From Bacteroidota bacterium (lineage in GTDB: Bacteria; Bacteroidota; Ignavibacteria; Ignavibacteriales; Melioribacteraceae): a stretch of DNA of 64,000 bases. Below, piece by piece: positions 1 through 10,462 of the stretch. Below the pieces are notes generated by a model that saw only the letters and a program-made list of their open reading frames with translations, was not told the DNA's origin and did not search any database. Every line of letters begins with the position of its first letter. The first letter of the stretch is position 1. Both the position numbers and the translations under genes were made by a program. Location: positions 12,290-76,289 of the forward strand of contig JAJYXU010000096.1 of assembly GCA_021801605.1 (NCBI GenBank), in the 5' to 3' direction.

Positions 1-929
1 TTGATCACAGTTCCAAAGATTACATTCGCTTCTTCGCCGGCTGCTTCAAAAATTACATTATTACCGGCTTCAACTTCCTGCATTGTCATATTGGTTGGTC
101 CGGTAACATTTAGAAGAATATTTTTAGCACCTTTGATTGAAATACCTTCAAGAAGCGGGGATGAAATTGCTTTTTGTGCCGCTTCAACAGAACGGTTTTC
201 TCCGCTTGCAATTCCACAGCCCATTAATGCCTGTCCGCTATCTCTCATTACAGTTCTAACATCTGCAAAATCAACATTGATAATTCCTTTCACCGTAATT
301 ATATCGGCAATACCTCTTGTAGCTTCATATAAAATTTCATTCGGTTTATTGAACGCTGCTTTTGCAGCTGTTGCCGTATCAATGATGCTTAGAATTCTTC
401 CATTAGGAATCACGATCAAACTATCAACGTACTGTTTAAGATCGGCAATACCTTCATCCGCATTTTTCATTCTCTGTTTACCTTCCCAACCGAAAGGTTT
501 TGTAACAATGCCAATCACCAACGCACCCATACTCTTTGCTATTGATGCAACTATTGGAGCCGCGCCTGTACCGGTTCCGCCGCCCATTCCGGATGTAACG
601 AAAACCATATCTGCGCCTTCAAGATGACGGGTTATTTTTTCTCTGTCTTCTTCAGCTGACTTTCTTCCGACATTGGGATCTGCGCCTGCACCGAGTCCGC
701 GTGTTACATTTGTACCAATCTGAATTTTTTGAGTAGCCAAACTTTCTTCGAGAACCTGTGCATCTGTGTTAACTGCAATGAATTCAACTCCGGTCAATCC
801 GCGTTCAATCATACTATCAATCGCGTTACAGCCACCGCCGCCAACTCCTACAACTTTTAATTGAGCAGACATTGGTCTTTGAGTTTCCAAAGTGATAAAA
901 CGTGGACGTTTTTCTGAATTAGTTGACAT
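1..929 (-). CDS. ftsZ: Cell division protein FtsZ (3' end runs off window start)
   Basis: Manual translation from ATG at 929 (SD AAGGAGG upstream): ...LKVVGVGGGGCNAIDSM...AVNTDAQ...GLGAGADP...GMGGGTGTGAAP tubulin signature; follows ftsA. Confidence 0.98.
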   Translation of the reverse strand, partial: MSTNSEKRPRFITLETQRPMSAQLKVVGVGGGGCNAIDSMIERGLTGVEFIAVNTDAQVLEESLATQKIQIGTNVTRGLGAGADPNVGRKSAEEDREKITRHLEGADMVFVTSGMGGGTGTGAAPIVASIAKSMGALVIGIVTKPFGWEGKQRMKNADEGIADLKQYVDSLIVIPNGRILSIIDTATAAKAAFNKPNEILYEATRGIADIITVKGIINVDFADVRTVMRDSGQALMGCGIASGENRSVEAAQKAISSPLLEGISIKGAKNILLNVTGPTNMTMQEVEAGNNVIFEAAGEEANVIFGTVI

Positions 930-955
930 GATTCCTCCTTGTTGTGGTATTTGAT

Positions 956-2197
956 TTATAGTTTATCAAAGAATTCTTGTATTCTCTTGAAAGTCTTGCC
1001 AAGATTTAATTTACTTTCTTTGCCGGTTGTCTTTACTGTTGTAAATTGTTCCGATCTGCTTCCTGGAATTCCGCGGATTAATCCGGCAACAGTTGCAAAC
1101 TCTGGACTTTCAACTTCGTTAGATAGACCGGAGCCGAGATCGAGCGGAACGCCGATACGAGCGGGCATTCCAAAAACTTCTTCTGCCAATTCCGTGCATC
1201 CTTTAAGCAGCGAGCCGCCGCCAGTTAAAACAACACCGGCTTTAATTTTATTTTTAAATCCAGCGTGGCGAAGTTCATTATCAATTATTGAAAACAACTC
1301 TTTCATTCTTACACTGATGATCTGAGTAAGAAGCGACAAAGGTATTTTTACATTACCTCTTCCGCCAACACCTTTTATGAAAATATCTTCGTCCCTTACG
1401 ATAGCGTGTTCAGTTGCATAGCCATGTTCTTTTTTTAACTTCTCTGCATCGGCGGTTACTATACCAAGTGTTTCGCGTATATCATTTGTAACCTGATTGC
1501 CAGCAACACCAACTACTTTTGTATGTTTGATTGACCTGCGGTGAAAGATTGCAATGTCTGTCGTTCCGCCACCGATATCTATCAAGAGCACGCCTAAATC
1601 TTTTTCATTGTCTTCAAGAACAGCAAAGCTAGATGCGATGGGCTGAAGGACATAATCTTTAACAATATATCCGGCTCGTTCAACAGATTTTTTTATATTC
1701 TGAATTGCCGGAATAGATGCTAACACAACATGATTCACTGCCTCGAGACGCGAACCGCACATTCCAATCGGGTCTTCAATTCCGCCTTGATGATCAACAG
1801 AATATTCTTCAGGAATGATATGAAGTATTTGCCGGTCGGAAGGAATTCTAATTGTTTGAACGTCTGCACGCAATCTGTCTAAATCCTGCTGGCTGATTTC
1901 TTTTTCCGGATTGCTGATAGTAACGTAATTTCTATGACGCAGACTTGTGATATGTTCACCGGCAACGCCTACATTAACTTCCTTAACTTGAAGACCTGCT
2001 CTATTCAAAGCGATGTTCATAGCTTCTGTAATTGCTTCCGCGGTTTTAGAAATATTTGCAACCAAACCGCGATTCAATCCCTCAGAAGGTGCAACACCAA
2101 ATCCAAGAATGTTTAAATTATTTTCAACTTGTTCGGCAATTACTGCACAAACTTTTGTAGTGCCAAGATCTAACCCGGCTATAACATTTTTTTTCAT
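956..2197 (-). CDS. ftsA: Cell division protein FtsA
   Basis: GLDLGTTKV and IDIGGGTTD actin-like motifs, C-terminal amphipathic helix; dcw position. Confidence 0.97.
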   Translation of the reverse strand: MKKNVIAGLDLGTTKVCAVIAEQVENNLNILGFGVAPSEGLNRGLVANISKTAEAITEAMNIALNRAGLQVKEVNVGVAGEHITSLRHRNYVTISNPEKEISQQDLDRLRADVQTIRIPSDRQILHIIPEEYSVDHQGGIEDPIGMCGSRLEAVNHVVLASIPAIQNIKKSVERAGYIVKDYVLQPIASSFAVLEDNEKDLGVLLIDIGGGTTDIAIFHRRSIKHTKVVGVAGNQVTNDIRETLGIVTADAEKLKKEHGYATEHAIVRDEDIFIKGVGGRGNVKIPLSLLTQIISVRMKELFSIIDNELRHAGFKNKIKAGVVLTGGGSLLKGCTELAEEVFGMPARIGVPLDLGSGLSNEVESPEFATVAGLIRGIPGSRSEQFTTVKTTGKESKLNLGKTFKRIQEFFDKL

Positions 2198-2991
2198 GAT
2201 TTCTTGTGCCCCTCGTCTAAATTCTTAACTAACCCGTTAGTCGAGTCTATTATGCCGAGATATACGTGCCCGCCGAATCGCAAATCCACATATTCCATGT
2301 AATTATTTATTTCTTTTCCCTTCAGATACTGCCAAAGATTATTAAAGTAGATTACTTTCTTAATCTCGTTTCCGCGTCCAATTTTGATTGGGTAATCTGC
2401 CGATGAGAGATACAACATAATATCTCCGCCGTTTTGCAGATCAATTGATGAAAAATCTTTTTCCAATTCCGGGTTCAGCAATCGAACTGTTGAAATAATT
2501 TTGCCAGCAGTAACAACATCCAAATTCTTTTTCATTGATGATAGAACCTTAAAACCATTCCCGGTAAAAACGTTTGAGATTACCGGATAATCAATTTTTT
2601 TTGTCTCCGGCAGCATTGGCAGCAATTGTAAATTTTCCGTTAATATGTATTGACGGCTGCTATCTAAAAGAATTGAATCGAAAACTTTTTCTGTAATTCT
2701 AATTGAAGCTTTACCGCTGCCGTCATATCTTACATCTGCATTCTGAACGTAAGGATGTTTTTCAATTCTATCTTTTATGAACTGTAACGTTAGATTTCTA
2801 TAAATATTTTTATCAAGTAAGTTGGCAAAACTTAGATACTGTTCTTTTGAAAGATGGACGTTCCCTTCCAGAGAAATGAAGCTGATCTTGTTTTCAGACT
2901 CAGATTTCAATCCGACTGATAAGTAGATCATCACTCCGAGTATTAAAACCAAAAAAGTAATGCTTACTATTTTTGCCAGCTTTGTCATCAA
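2194..2991 (-). CDS. ftsQ: Cell division protein FtsQ/DivIB
   Basis: Single N-terminal TM, POTRA-like EGNVHL...HPYV, C-terminal YVDLRF; between murC and ftsA. Confidence 0.88.
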   Translation of the reverse strand: MMTKLAKIVSITFLVLILGVMIYLSVGLKSESENKISFISLEGNVHLSKEQYLSFANLLDKNIYRNLTLQFIKDRIEKHPYVQNADVRYDGSGKASIRITEKVFDSILLDSSRQYILTENLQLLPMLPETKKIDYPVISNVFTGNGFKVLSSMKKNLDVVTAGKIISTVRLLNPELEKDFSSIDLQNGGDIMLYLSSADYPIKIGRGNEIKKVIYFNNLWQYLKGKEINNYMEYVDLRFGGHVYLGIIDSTNGLVKNLDEGHKKS

Positions 2992-4374
2992 TTATTTTTT
3001 CTTTGTTTTCAAAAATTCAACAAATTTTTCACCGTACTTCCAGATATCTCCTGCGCCGAGCGTAATGATGATGTCTCCCTTTTGATAAATTTTTTGTAGC
3101 AGTTCCGGTATTTTTGTTTTGTCCGGTTCGTAATAAACATTCTTATGCCCGAACTGTTTTGCAGTATTGGAAATTAATTCACCGGTAATTCCTTCAACCG
3201 GTTTTTCGCGTGCGGGATAAACATCCGTGCAAATAAAAACATCGGAGTTCAAGAACGATCTGCCGAACTCTGCGTAAAAATCTTTTGTGCGTGAGAATAA
3301 ATGCGGCTGAAATACAGCGACCAATCTTCTATTCCATCCGCGTCTTATTCCATCGAGTGTTACGTTTATTTCCGTTGGATGATGGCCATAATCGTCAATC
3401 ACCATCACATCATCATCATATTTTGTCTCAAAGCGGCGGTATACACCGGAAAATTTCTCAAGTGCTTTTTTAATAACGCTGAACTCAACTCCCATTTCTT
3501 TAGCAATTGTAACAGCGACGAGAGAGTTTTTGATGTTATGCAAGCCTGGAATATTTATTCGGATATTTCCGAGATCTTTGCCGAGATAAATAACGCTGAA
3601 CTCAGAATGTTTTTCCGAATGTGTAATATTAGCCGCACGTATATCTGCTTGCGGTGTAATTCCGTAAGTAAAAATTTTCTTGTTGATCTGCGGAATTATA
3701 TCTTGAAGAGCCGGCTCATCCAAACACAAGACAACAAAACCGAAGAAAGGAACTTTGTTCGCAAATTCAACGAATGCGGTTTTTATATCAGCCAGATCTT
3801 TATAAGTATCAAGGTGTTCGCGTTCAAGAGTTGTAAGAGCAGCTATAACCGGCGTTAATTTCAAAAATGTTCTGTCAAACTCATCGGCTTCAACAACTAT
3901 ATAATCGCTTTTGCCAAGCCGAGCATTTGTTCCGCCAAGTCCGCTTAATTTTCCGCCGACGATAATTGTAGGATCAATTCCGGCTTCAGTTAATATCAAT
4001 CCAACCATTGAAGTTGTGGTTGTCTTTCCATGCGTACCGGCAATACCAATTCCATATTTCATTCTCATACATTCGGCAAGCATTTCAGAACGTTTTATAA
4101 CCGGAATTTTTCTTGCGATTGCTTCTTTTACTTCAGGATTTTCAAGAACTACCGCTGATGAATAAACTAAAACATCCGCATCTTTAAGATTTGCGGGTGA
4201 ATGCCCTTCATAAATTTTAATTCCGAGCCCTTCAAGACGATCTGTAACTTCCGATTTAGCAAGATCGGAACCGGATATTTTAAATCCTTGACTCAGCAAA
4301 ATTTCTGCTATACCGCTCATACCAATTCCACCGATACCTACAAAGTGAATATTTTTAATTGTGTTCATCATCAT
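2992..4374 (-). CDS. murC: UDP-N-acetylmuramate--L-alanine ligase
   Basis: HFVGIGGIGMSG, GTHGKTTT, VEADE, DDYGHHPTE; start set at ATG 4374 behind GAGGGA. Confidence 0.97.
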   Translation of the reverse strand: MMMNTIKNIHFVGIGGIGMSGIAEILLSQGFKISGSDLAKSEVTDRLEGLGIKIYEGHSPANLKDADVLVYSSAVVLENPEVKEAIARKIPVIKRSEMLAECMRMKYGIGIAGTHGKTTTTSMVGLILTEAGIDPTIIVGGKLSGLGGTNARLGKSDYIVVEADEFDRTFLKLTPVIAALTTLEREHLDTYKDLADIKTAFVEFANKVPFFGFVVLCLDEPALQDIIPQINKKIFTYGITPQADIRAANITHSEKHSEFSVIYLGKDLGNIRINIPGLHNIKNSLVAVTIAKEMGVEFSVIKKALEKFSGVYRRFETKYDDDVMVIDDYGHHPTEINVTLDGIRRGWNRRLVAVFQPHLFSRTKDFYAEFGRSFLNSDVFICTDVYPAREKPVEGITGELISNTAKQFGHKNVYYEPDKTKIPELLQKIYQKGDIIITLGAGDIWKYGEKFVEFLKTKKK

Positions 4375-4385
4375 TTCTGTATCCC

Positions 4386-5486
4386 TCAAATTATCTCTGC
4401 CAAACTGATTGCCCTTTCGGCGATTGTTTTTGCTGCCATAGGTTTCGCAAAAGCCGAAATATTTTTCTTCATGATTTCATAGCGTGTAACGTTCAACATT
4501 ATTTCATTAACAACCGGCAATAGTTCATCTTTTAAATTCTTGTCTTCTATAAGTTCGGCAGCATTTGCAACTTTCAAAGCTTTTGCGTTTTTGTATTGAT
4601 GATCTGCTGCCACATTTTCCGATGGGACAAAAATTACCGGAAGCTCAAGAAAAGCTACTTCTGCAATTGTTGTTGCACCGGAGCGGGCAAGAACAACATC
4701 GCACGAAGAGTAAGCGGCAGACATATCATTAATGAACGGAAATATTTTTACCGATTCATTTTCAAGGTTTTTATAATGCATATAATAAAATTGACCGGTC
4801 TGCCAGATAACTTGAATTCCGCTTTCGATCATCTTATCTAAATTCGCAGCGACTGCTTGATTAATTGAACGTGCACCGCCGCTTCCACCAATTACAAGTA
4901 AAATCTTTTTTGATGGATCCAAACCGAAACTTTTAACTGCTTCCGCTTTATCAGTAAGTTTTAAATTAATTCTTATCGGATTGCCGCTTAATTTTAATTT
5001 CGATTCATCTCTGAAATATTTTTTTGATTCTTCGAACGTGATATGAATTTCGTGAGCTTTCTTTTCAAGCATTCTATTTGTAACACCGGGATAACTATTT
5101 TGTTCAAGCAGAATCACTTTTGCGCCAAGTACAGATGCAGCCCAAATAACCGGTCCTGAGACATAAGCCCCGCTTCCAATAGCAACTCGCGGTTTAAAAT
5201 CAAAATTTATTAGAAGAGATTGAATCATCGAAACAAAGAGTTTAAACGGGAACAGTAAATTGATAAGAGTCAATTTCCTTGAGAGCCCGCTGACCCAAAT
5301 TGATTTGAAATTGAAACCATATTCAGGAACAATTCTTTCTTCAATTTTATTTTTAGCACCAATGAACAAAATTTCAGATTCCGGTTTCAACAGACGGATT
5401 TGTTGAGCAACTGCAAGAGCCGGATATAAATGTCCTCCCGTTCCGCCGCCTGCAAATACAAACCGATATGGAGTTCTGATCTTCAT
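4386..5486 (-). CDS. murG: Undecaprenyl-PP-MurNAc-pentapeptide GlcNAc transferase
   Basis: GGGTGGHLYP, EQN, GGSGGA, RSGATT motifs. Confidence 0.97.
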   Translation of the reverse strand: MKIRTPYRFVFAGGGTGGHLYPALAVAQQIRLLKPESEILFIGAKNKIEERIVPEYGFNFKSIWVSGLSRKLTLINLLFPFKLFVSMIQSLLINFDFKPRVAIGSGAYVSGPVIWAASVLGAKVILLEQNSYPGVTNRMLEKKAHEIHITFEESKKYFRDESKLKLSGNPIRINLKLTDKAEAVKSFGLDPSKKILLVIGGSGGARSINQAVAANLDKMIESGIQVIWQTGQFYYMHYKNLENESVKIFPFINDMSAAYSSCDVVLARSGATTIAEVAFLELPVIFVPSENVAADHQYKNAKALKVANAAELIEDKNLKDELLPVVNEIMLNVTRYEIMKKNISAFAKPMAAKTIAERAISLAEII

Positions 5487-6595
5487 CCTACCTGCGCAAT
5501 TTTTAATTCTGTTGTTTTAACTGTCTGTCTTCCAACGTTTACTATAATTCCAATAGAGACAGCAAAAAGTATAATTGATGTTCCGCCAAAACTTATGAAA
5601 GGCAGTGTAATTCCCGTTGTGGGAATTAATCCCGTTACAACACACGCATTGATAAAAGCGCTAACGATAATATTGAAACCAAGACCCAGTACTAATAGCT
5701 GACCAAATTTATCTTGCGCTTTTTTCGCAATCACAAGACATGTAAAAAATAAAATTAAGAATAAAAAGAGGATCGTGACGGTTCCAATAAAACCTAATTC
5801 TTCGCCAAGAATTGAAAAGATAAAATCGCCGTAAGATTCCGGAAGGAAGAGATCACTCTGTCTGCTGTGCCCCAAACCTATTCCTAAAATTCCTCCGCTC
5901 CCAAGAGCAATCTTTGCCTGTTTAACTTGAATATTAATATCGCCGCCGTTAATCAAACTCTGAATGAATGTGACAACTCTTTCGCGTGAGTGTTTGAAAA
6001 TCATTATTACAAGACCGACAACAGCCATTGACGGAACCACGATAGCGGTAATATGCTTTATACGCGCACCGGCGGCAAAGAGAATTGCAAATGAAGTTAT
6101 TGCAATTATCAAGCTTGTACTCACGTTCGGTTGAATTAGGACAAGTCCGCTCACAATTCCTATCCATATCAGCGGGTAGACAAAACCTTTTTTGAAATCA
6201 AGAAGGTCATCGCCCATTTTTTCCAGCATGAATGCCAGATGCATAATTAAAATTACTTTTGCGGCTTCAGACGGCTGGAACTGAAAAAATCCAAGGTCAA
6301 TCCAGCGCGAAGCGCCTTTAACTTTCGGCGCAAATAAAAATGTTAAAACAAGAACTGCGATGATAAGGAACAAAAGTTCTTTTGTGTGCGCCCGGTATTT
6401 GTCGTATGGGAAGTACGCGCAAATTATCATTGCTATAAACGCCGCTACAACTTTCCACAAATGACTTTTGAAAAGAAAATAGAGACTATTAAATTTTGAT
6501 AAACTATAAGTTCCGCTGGCGGTTAAGACCAAAATTGTTCCGAGCGCTATCATAGCAACAACCAGAACGATCAATATTTTTACTAGTGTATTCAT
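5483..6595 (-). CDS. ftsW: SEDS family peptidoglycan polymerase FtsW
   Basis: Multi-TM; RWIDLG..FQPSE, LPESYGDFIF, TGITLPFISFGG. Confidence 0.95.
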   Translation of the reverse strand: MNTLVKILIVLVVAMIALGTILVLTASGTYSLSKFNSLYFLFKSHLWKVVAAFIAMIICAYFPYDKYRAHTKELLFLIIAVLVLTFLFAPKVKGASRWIDLGFFQFQPSEAAKVILIMHLAFMLEKMGDDLLDFKKGFVYPLIWIGIVSGLVLIQPNVSTSLIIAITSFAILFAAGARIKHITAIVVPSMAVVGLVIMIFKHSRERVVTFIQSLINGGDINIQVKQAKIALGSGGILGIGLGHSRQSDLFLPESYGDFIFSILGEELGFIGTVTILFLFLILFFTCLVIAKKAQDKFGQLLVLGLGFNIIVSAFINACVVTGLIPTTGITLPFISFGGTSIILFAVSIGIIVNVGRQTVKTTELKIAQVG

Positions 6596-7944
6596 TAAAC
6601 CAGTTTATTTACTGCATTTTTAAAAACTTTACCACGATGTTCGTAGTTATCAAACATATCGAAACTTGCACATGCTGGCGATAGAAGTAGAACAGAACCT
6701 TTGACTGCTTCTCTTCTTCCGGTTTCAACAGCTGTTTCGAGAGATTCTTTTTTTTCCGTTTCAACAATCGAATGGAAGTAGTCAAAAACTTTTTGTGCAG
6801 ATATTCCAATTGCATAAATTTTCTTTACGTGCTCTAATACTAAATTCCGAATGTCGTCGTAGTTGTTACCTTTATCTTTTCCGCCGAGAATTAAGTAGAT
6901 CGGTTTTGTAAAACTTTTCAAAGCTACAATTACGGAATCAACATTTGTAGCTTTTGAATCATTATAATATTCAACGCCGTCAAGTTCGCGGACAAATTCT
7001 ATTCTATGCTCAACACCTTTGAATGTAGTGAATGCCTTTCTGATTTTTTGATTCGGCATATCTAAAAGTTTTGAAACAGCCAGAACAGCGAGAGCGTTTG
7101 CAATGTTGTGTTCGCCTTTAATAAAGAGATCGGAAGCCGAACAAACTTCTGTAACTTTTTCGGATAAGGAAAAGAACATCTTGCCTTCCCTACAAAAAGC
7201 GCCGGCTGGAACTTCACTTTTCAAAGAGAAGGCAAGTTTTTGAACTTTTGTGTTTTTCAAATTTGTTTTTATGTTAGAATCGTCTGCATTGTAAATGATA
7301 AAGTCGTCTTCGTTTTGGTTCTCTGTTACTTTCATTTTTGCTGCAATGTATTCATCAAAGCTATTGTTGTATCTGTCAAGATGATCAGGAGTAATATTAA
7401 GAATCAGTGAAACAAACGGTTTGAATTTATCAGTGAAGTCTAATTGAAAACTTGAAGTTTCCAGAGCAACGAATTCATCTTTCTTAACGTCAAGAACGAT
7501 CTCGGAAAACGCTTCTCCAATATTTCCAGCAGAATAACATTTGATTCCGCTCTCGTTCAAAGTATGATTCATCAATGCTGTTGTTGTTGTTTTGCCATTC
7601 GTGCCGGTTATAGAAATAATTCCGCCTTTACAAAACCATGATGCAAATTCAACTTCGCTGATTACTCTGATATTTTTCTCTCGCGCGGTTTTGAGAATGG
7701 CTGAATCTGTCGGTACGCCGGGACTCGTAATAATCAGACCGCAATCAAAAACTTTTTCTGAATGAGCGCCGCATTCGTATGCAATTCCTTCCGATTCAAA
7801 AACTGATATTGAGCTTTGTAATTTTTCTTTTGATCCGCTATCGCTTACAAATGGAATTGCGCCCAGTTTTTTTGCCAGCTTTGCAGCGCCAACACCGCTT
7901 CTAACTGCACCAATGATTGATATTTTCATTCCGCTGATATTCAC
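6595..7944 (-). CDS. murD: UDP-MurNAc-L-Ala--D-glutamate ligase
   Basis: SPGVP, TGTNGKTTT, ETSSFQL, NDSKATN, LSPACASFD; GTG start. Confidence 0.97.
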   Translation of the reverse strand: MNISGMKISIIGAVRSGVGAAKLAKKLGAIPFVSDSGSKEKLQSSISVFESEGIAYECGAHSEKVFDCGLIITSPGVPTDSAILKTAREKNIRVISEVEFASWFCKGGIISITGTNGKTTTTALMNHTLNESGIKCYSAGNIGEAFSEIVLDVKKDEFVALETSSFQLDFTDKFKPFVSLILNITPDHLDRYNNSFDEYIAAKMKVTENQNEDDFIIYNADDSNIKTNLKNTKVQKLAFSLKSEVPAGAFCREGKMFFSLSEKVTEVCSASDLFIKGEHNIANALAVLAVSKLLDMPNQKIRKAFTTFKGVEHRIEFVRELDGVEYYNDSKATNVDSVIVALKSFTKPIYLILGGKDKGNNYDDIRNLVLEHVKKIYAIGISAQKVFDYFHSIVETEKKESLETAVETGRREAVKGSVLLLSPACASFDMFDNYEHRGKVFKNAVNKLV

Positions 7945-9053
7945 TATCTTACCTTGAATGAAGCTAAACTTACGATTGCAAGAATTATTGTGATGATATA
8001 AAACCTGATTACAATTTTAGGTTCTGCCCAATTCAACTGTTCAAAGTGATGATGAATAGGCGCCATTTTGAAAACTCTTTTTCCTTCACCAAATTTTTTC
8101 TTTGTGTATTTGAAATAGAGACGTTGAATGATTACCGAAAGTGTCTCGATGAAAAAGATTCCTCCGAGAATTGGAATAAGCAAATCTTTCTTAATCAGAA
8201 TCATCATCACACCAAACGCGCCTCCGAGTGCAAGCGAACCTGTGTCGCCCATAAAAACTTGAGCCGGATAAAAATTGAACCACAAAAATCCAAGTCCAGC
8301 GCCAATTAATGCGGCTATAAATACAGTTAGCTCACCGCTGCCCGGCAAATAAATTATGTTTAGATAATCTGCGTAAATAACATTGCCGGTTACATATGTA
8401 AGAATTGCAAGCGCCAGCATTACAATTATGATTGTTCCAATTGCAAGACCGTCTAATCCATCCGTCAAGTTCACTGCATTTGAAATTGCTGTAATGATGA
8501 AAACAACCCACGGTATATATAGATATGAAAAATCCCAATTCAAGTTTTTGAAAAATGGCAAAGTCGTTTGAGTATTGAATTGTGAAAACTCCGGCAGATA
8601 ATAAATCGCAGCGCCAACAACCAATCCTACAAAGATTTGTCCCATTAATTTGTAGCGAGCTATTAATCCTTTGGGAAGTTTCTTTACAACTTTGAGATAG
8701 TCATCAAGAAAGCCAACACCTCCAAGAAAAACTGTTCCAAATAAAACAAGGATGATGTAAACGCTTTTTAAGTCGCTCCAGATTAAAACTGGAATAACAA
8801 CAGAAATAAGAATTATAAGTCCACCCATTGTTGGTGTACCGGCTTTCTTCAAATGTGTCTGAGGTCCCTCTTCACGTATTGGCTGATCAATTTGATTCTT
8901 CTTCAATTTGCCAATGATCTTTGGACCAAAGATGAAAGAAATTAACAAGGCAGTAATTGCAGCCAGCGCTGAACGGAACGATAAATATCGAAAAACATCG
9001 AATCCCGGCGGACTAAAAATTTTATTTATATAATCAAAGAGATAGTAAAACAT
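7944..9053 (-). CDS. mraY: Phospho-N-acetylmuramoyl-pentapeptide transferase
   Basis: KAGTPTMGG, NAVNLTDGLDGL, FMGDTGS, APIHHHFE. Confidence 0.98.
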   Translation of the reverse strand: MFYYLFDYINKIFSPPGFDVFRYLSFRSALAAITALLISFIFGPKIIGKLKKNQIDQPIREEGPQTHLKKAGTPTMGGLIILISVVIPVLIWSDLKSVYIILVLFGTVFLGGVGFLDDYLKVVKKLPKGLIARYKLMGQIFVGLVVGAAIYYLPEFSQFNTQTTLPFFKNLNWDFSYLYIPWVVFIITAISNAVNLTDGLDGLAIGTIIIVMLALAILTYVTGNVIYADYLNIIYLPGSGELTVFIAALIGAGLGFLWFNFYPAQVFMGDTGSLALGGAFGVMMILIKKDLLIPILGGIFFIETLSVIIQRLYFKYTKKKFGEGKRVFKMAPIHHHFEQLNWAEPKIVIRFYIITIILAIVSLASFKVR

Positions 9054-10462
9054 TATTCAAACCTTTTCTCCAGTATGTTTGAAAACTCTTCCATCTTCAT
9101 TCCGCGCGAACCTTTTACCAGTATCACCGAGCCGTCAATTTCTTCATATTTCAGGTAGAGTGATAATGCTTCCCGCAGATAAAAATGGATTGATCTTACT
9201 TTTTTCTTCTGCAATTCCGAATGCATGTGCTTCATCATACTTCCGGTAGTCAGCACAGTTAAATTTTTATCGGCATAAAATGATTTTGCCAATTCTTTAT
9301 GAATCTTCGGCGAATTTTTACCAAGTTCATACATATCGCCGAGAACAATTAATTTCTTTTTGAACGTCTTTATTTTTTTTACAAGTCCGATTGCCGAGAC
9401 AACCGATTCAGGACTTGCATTGTATGTATCATCAATTAAGACAGCATTCTTAAATTTCATTACTTCCAATCTGCCATGAACTGCTTTAAAATTATGGACA
9501 CCACGGATAATCTCTGCGCCTGTTAATCCGAACTTTAATGCGATTGCGGACGCCGCCAAAAAATTCTTAGCGTTAGATTCACCATATAGCGGAAGAACTG
9601 TTTTTATTTTTTTGTTTTTGTATGAGACTTGAATTTCCGTCCTGCCATCTTCCGTATAACCAACAACCGTTCCTTTAACATCAACTGTGCCTTTGAATCC
9701 GTATGTAACTTTTGATCTGTAAAGTTTCGCATTTTTGCTGATAATCGGATCATCCATATTTAAGAAAACGATTCCGCCATGTTTAATTGTTTCATCATAT
9801 AAGGCGGCTTTCTCTCTGAAGATTCCTTCTTTACTTTTCAAAAATTCCAGGTGAGCATCGCCAATGTTTGTAATCAAAGAAAAATCCGGCTGAGAAATTT
9901 TTGCTGAATAAGGAATCTCTCCAAAGTGATTTGTTCCTTGTTCAAGAATTAACACTTCGCATTTATTGTTTGCGCTTAAAATTGTAAGCGGTACACCGAT
10001 ATGGTTATTGTTATTAGCTTCTGTTTTCACCACTTTATATTTTTCTGCAAGTAAAGCTGCAGTCATCTCCTTAACTGTTGTTTTTCCATTGCTTCCAGTA
10101 ATCGAAATAACTTTTGCGGAAAGCTTATTACGCCAAATTTTTGCAATTTCGCCAAAAGCTTTTGTGGTATCATCGACTATAATAACAGGAATTTCGATAA
10201 AGCTAAATTTCTTCTCCCGAAGAGATGGATTCCCAAACTTCTTCGAATCAATAATTACAGTGGCAGCTCCTTTCTTTAGAGCATCCAGGATAAAATCGTG
10301 ACCATCAAATTTTTCCCCTTTGATTGCTACAAATAAAGATCCCTTCTTAACTTTGCGCGAGTCAATCTCTACAGATGAAAGAGATTTGTATGCGTCCGGA
10401 TTATAAATTTCCGCGCTTGGAGTGTTAAATAAGTCCTCAATCGTAATTTCTACTTTGCCCAT
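9053..10462 (-). CDS. murF: UDP-MurNAc-tripeptide--D-Ala-D-Ala ligase
   Basis: DSRKV, TGSNGKTTVKEM, NNHIGVP, DDTYNASP, KGSRGMKME. Confidence 0.96.
   Translation of the reverse strand: MGKVEITIEDLFNTPSAEIYNPDAYKSLSSVEIDSRKVKKGSLFVAIKGEKFDGHDFILDALKKGAATVIIDSKKFGNPSLREKKFSFIEIPVIIVDDTTKAFGEIAKIWRNKLSAKVISITGSNGKTTVKEMTAALLAEKYKVVKTEANNNNHIGVPLTILSANNKCEVLILEQGTNHFGEIPYSAKISQPDFSLITNIGDAHLEFLKSKEGIFREKAALYDETIKHGGIVFLNMDDPIISKNAKLYRSKVTYGFKGTVDVKGTVVGYTEDGRTEIQVSYKNKKIKTVLPLYGESNAKNFLAASAIALKFGLTGAEIIRGVHNFKAVHGRLEVMKFKNAVLIDDTYNASPESVVSAIGLVKKIKTFKKKLIVLGDMYELGKNSPKIHKELAKSFYADKNLTVLTTGSMMKHMHSELQKKKVRSIHFYLREALSLYLKYEEIDGSVILVKGSRGMKMEEFSNILEKRFE

Noticed and set aside
1..627. 208-aa plus-strand ORF
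   Set aside because: Antisense shadow of ftsZ, which carries the real motifs
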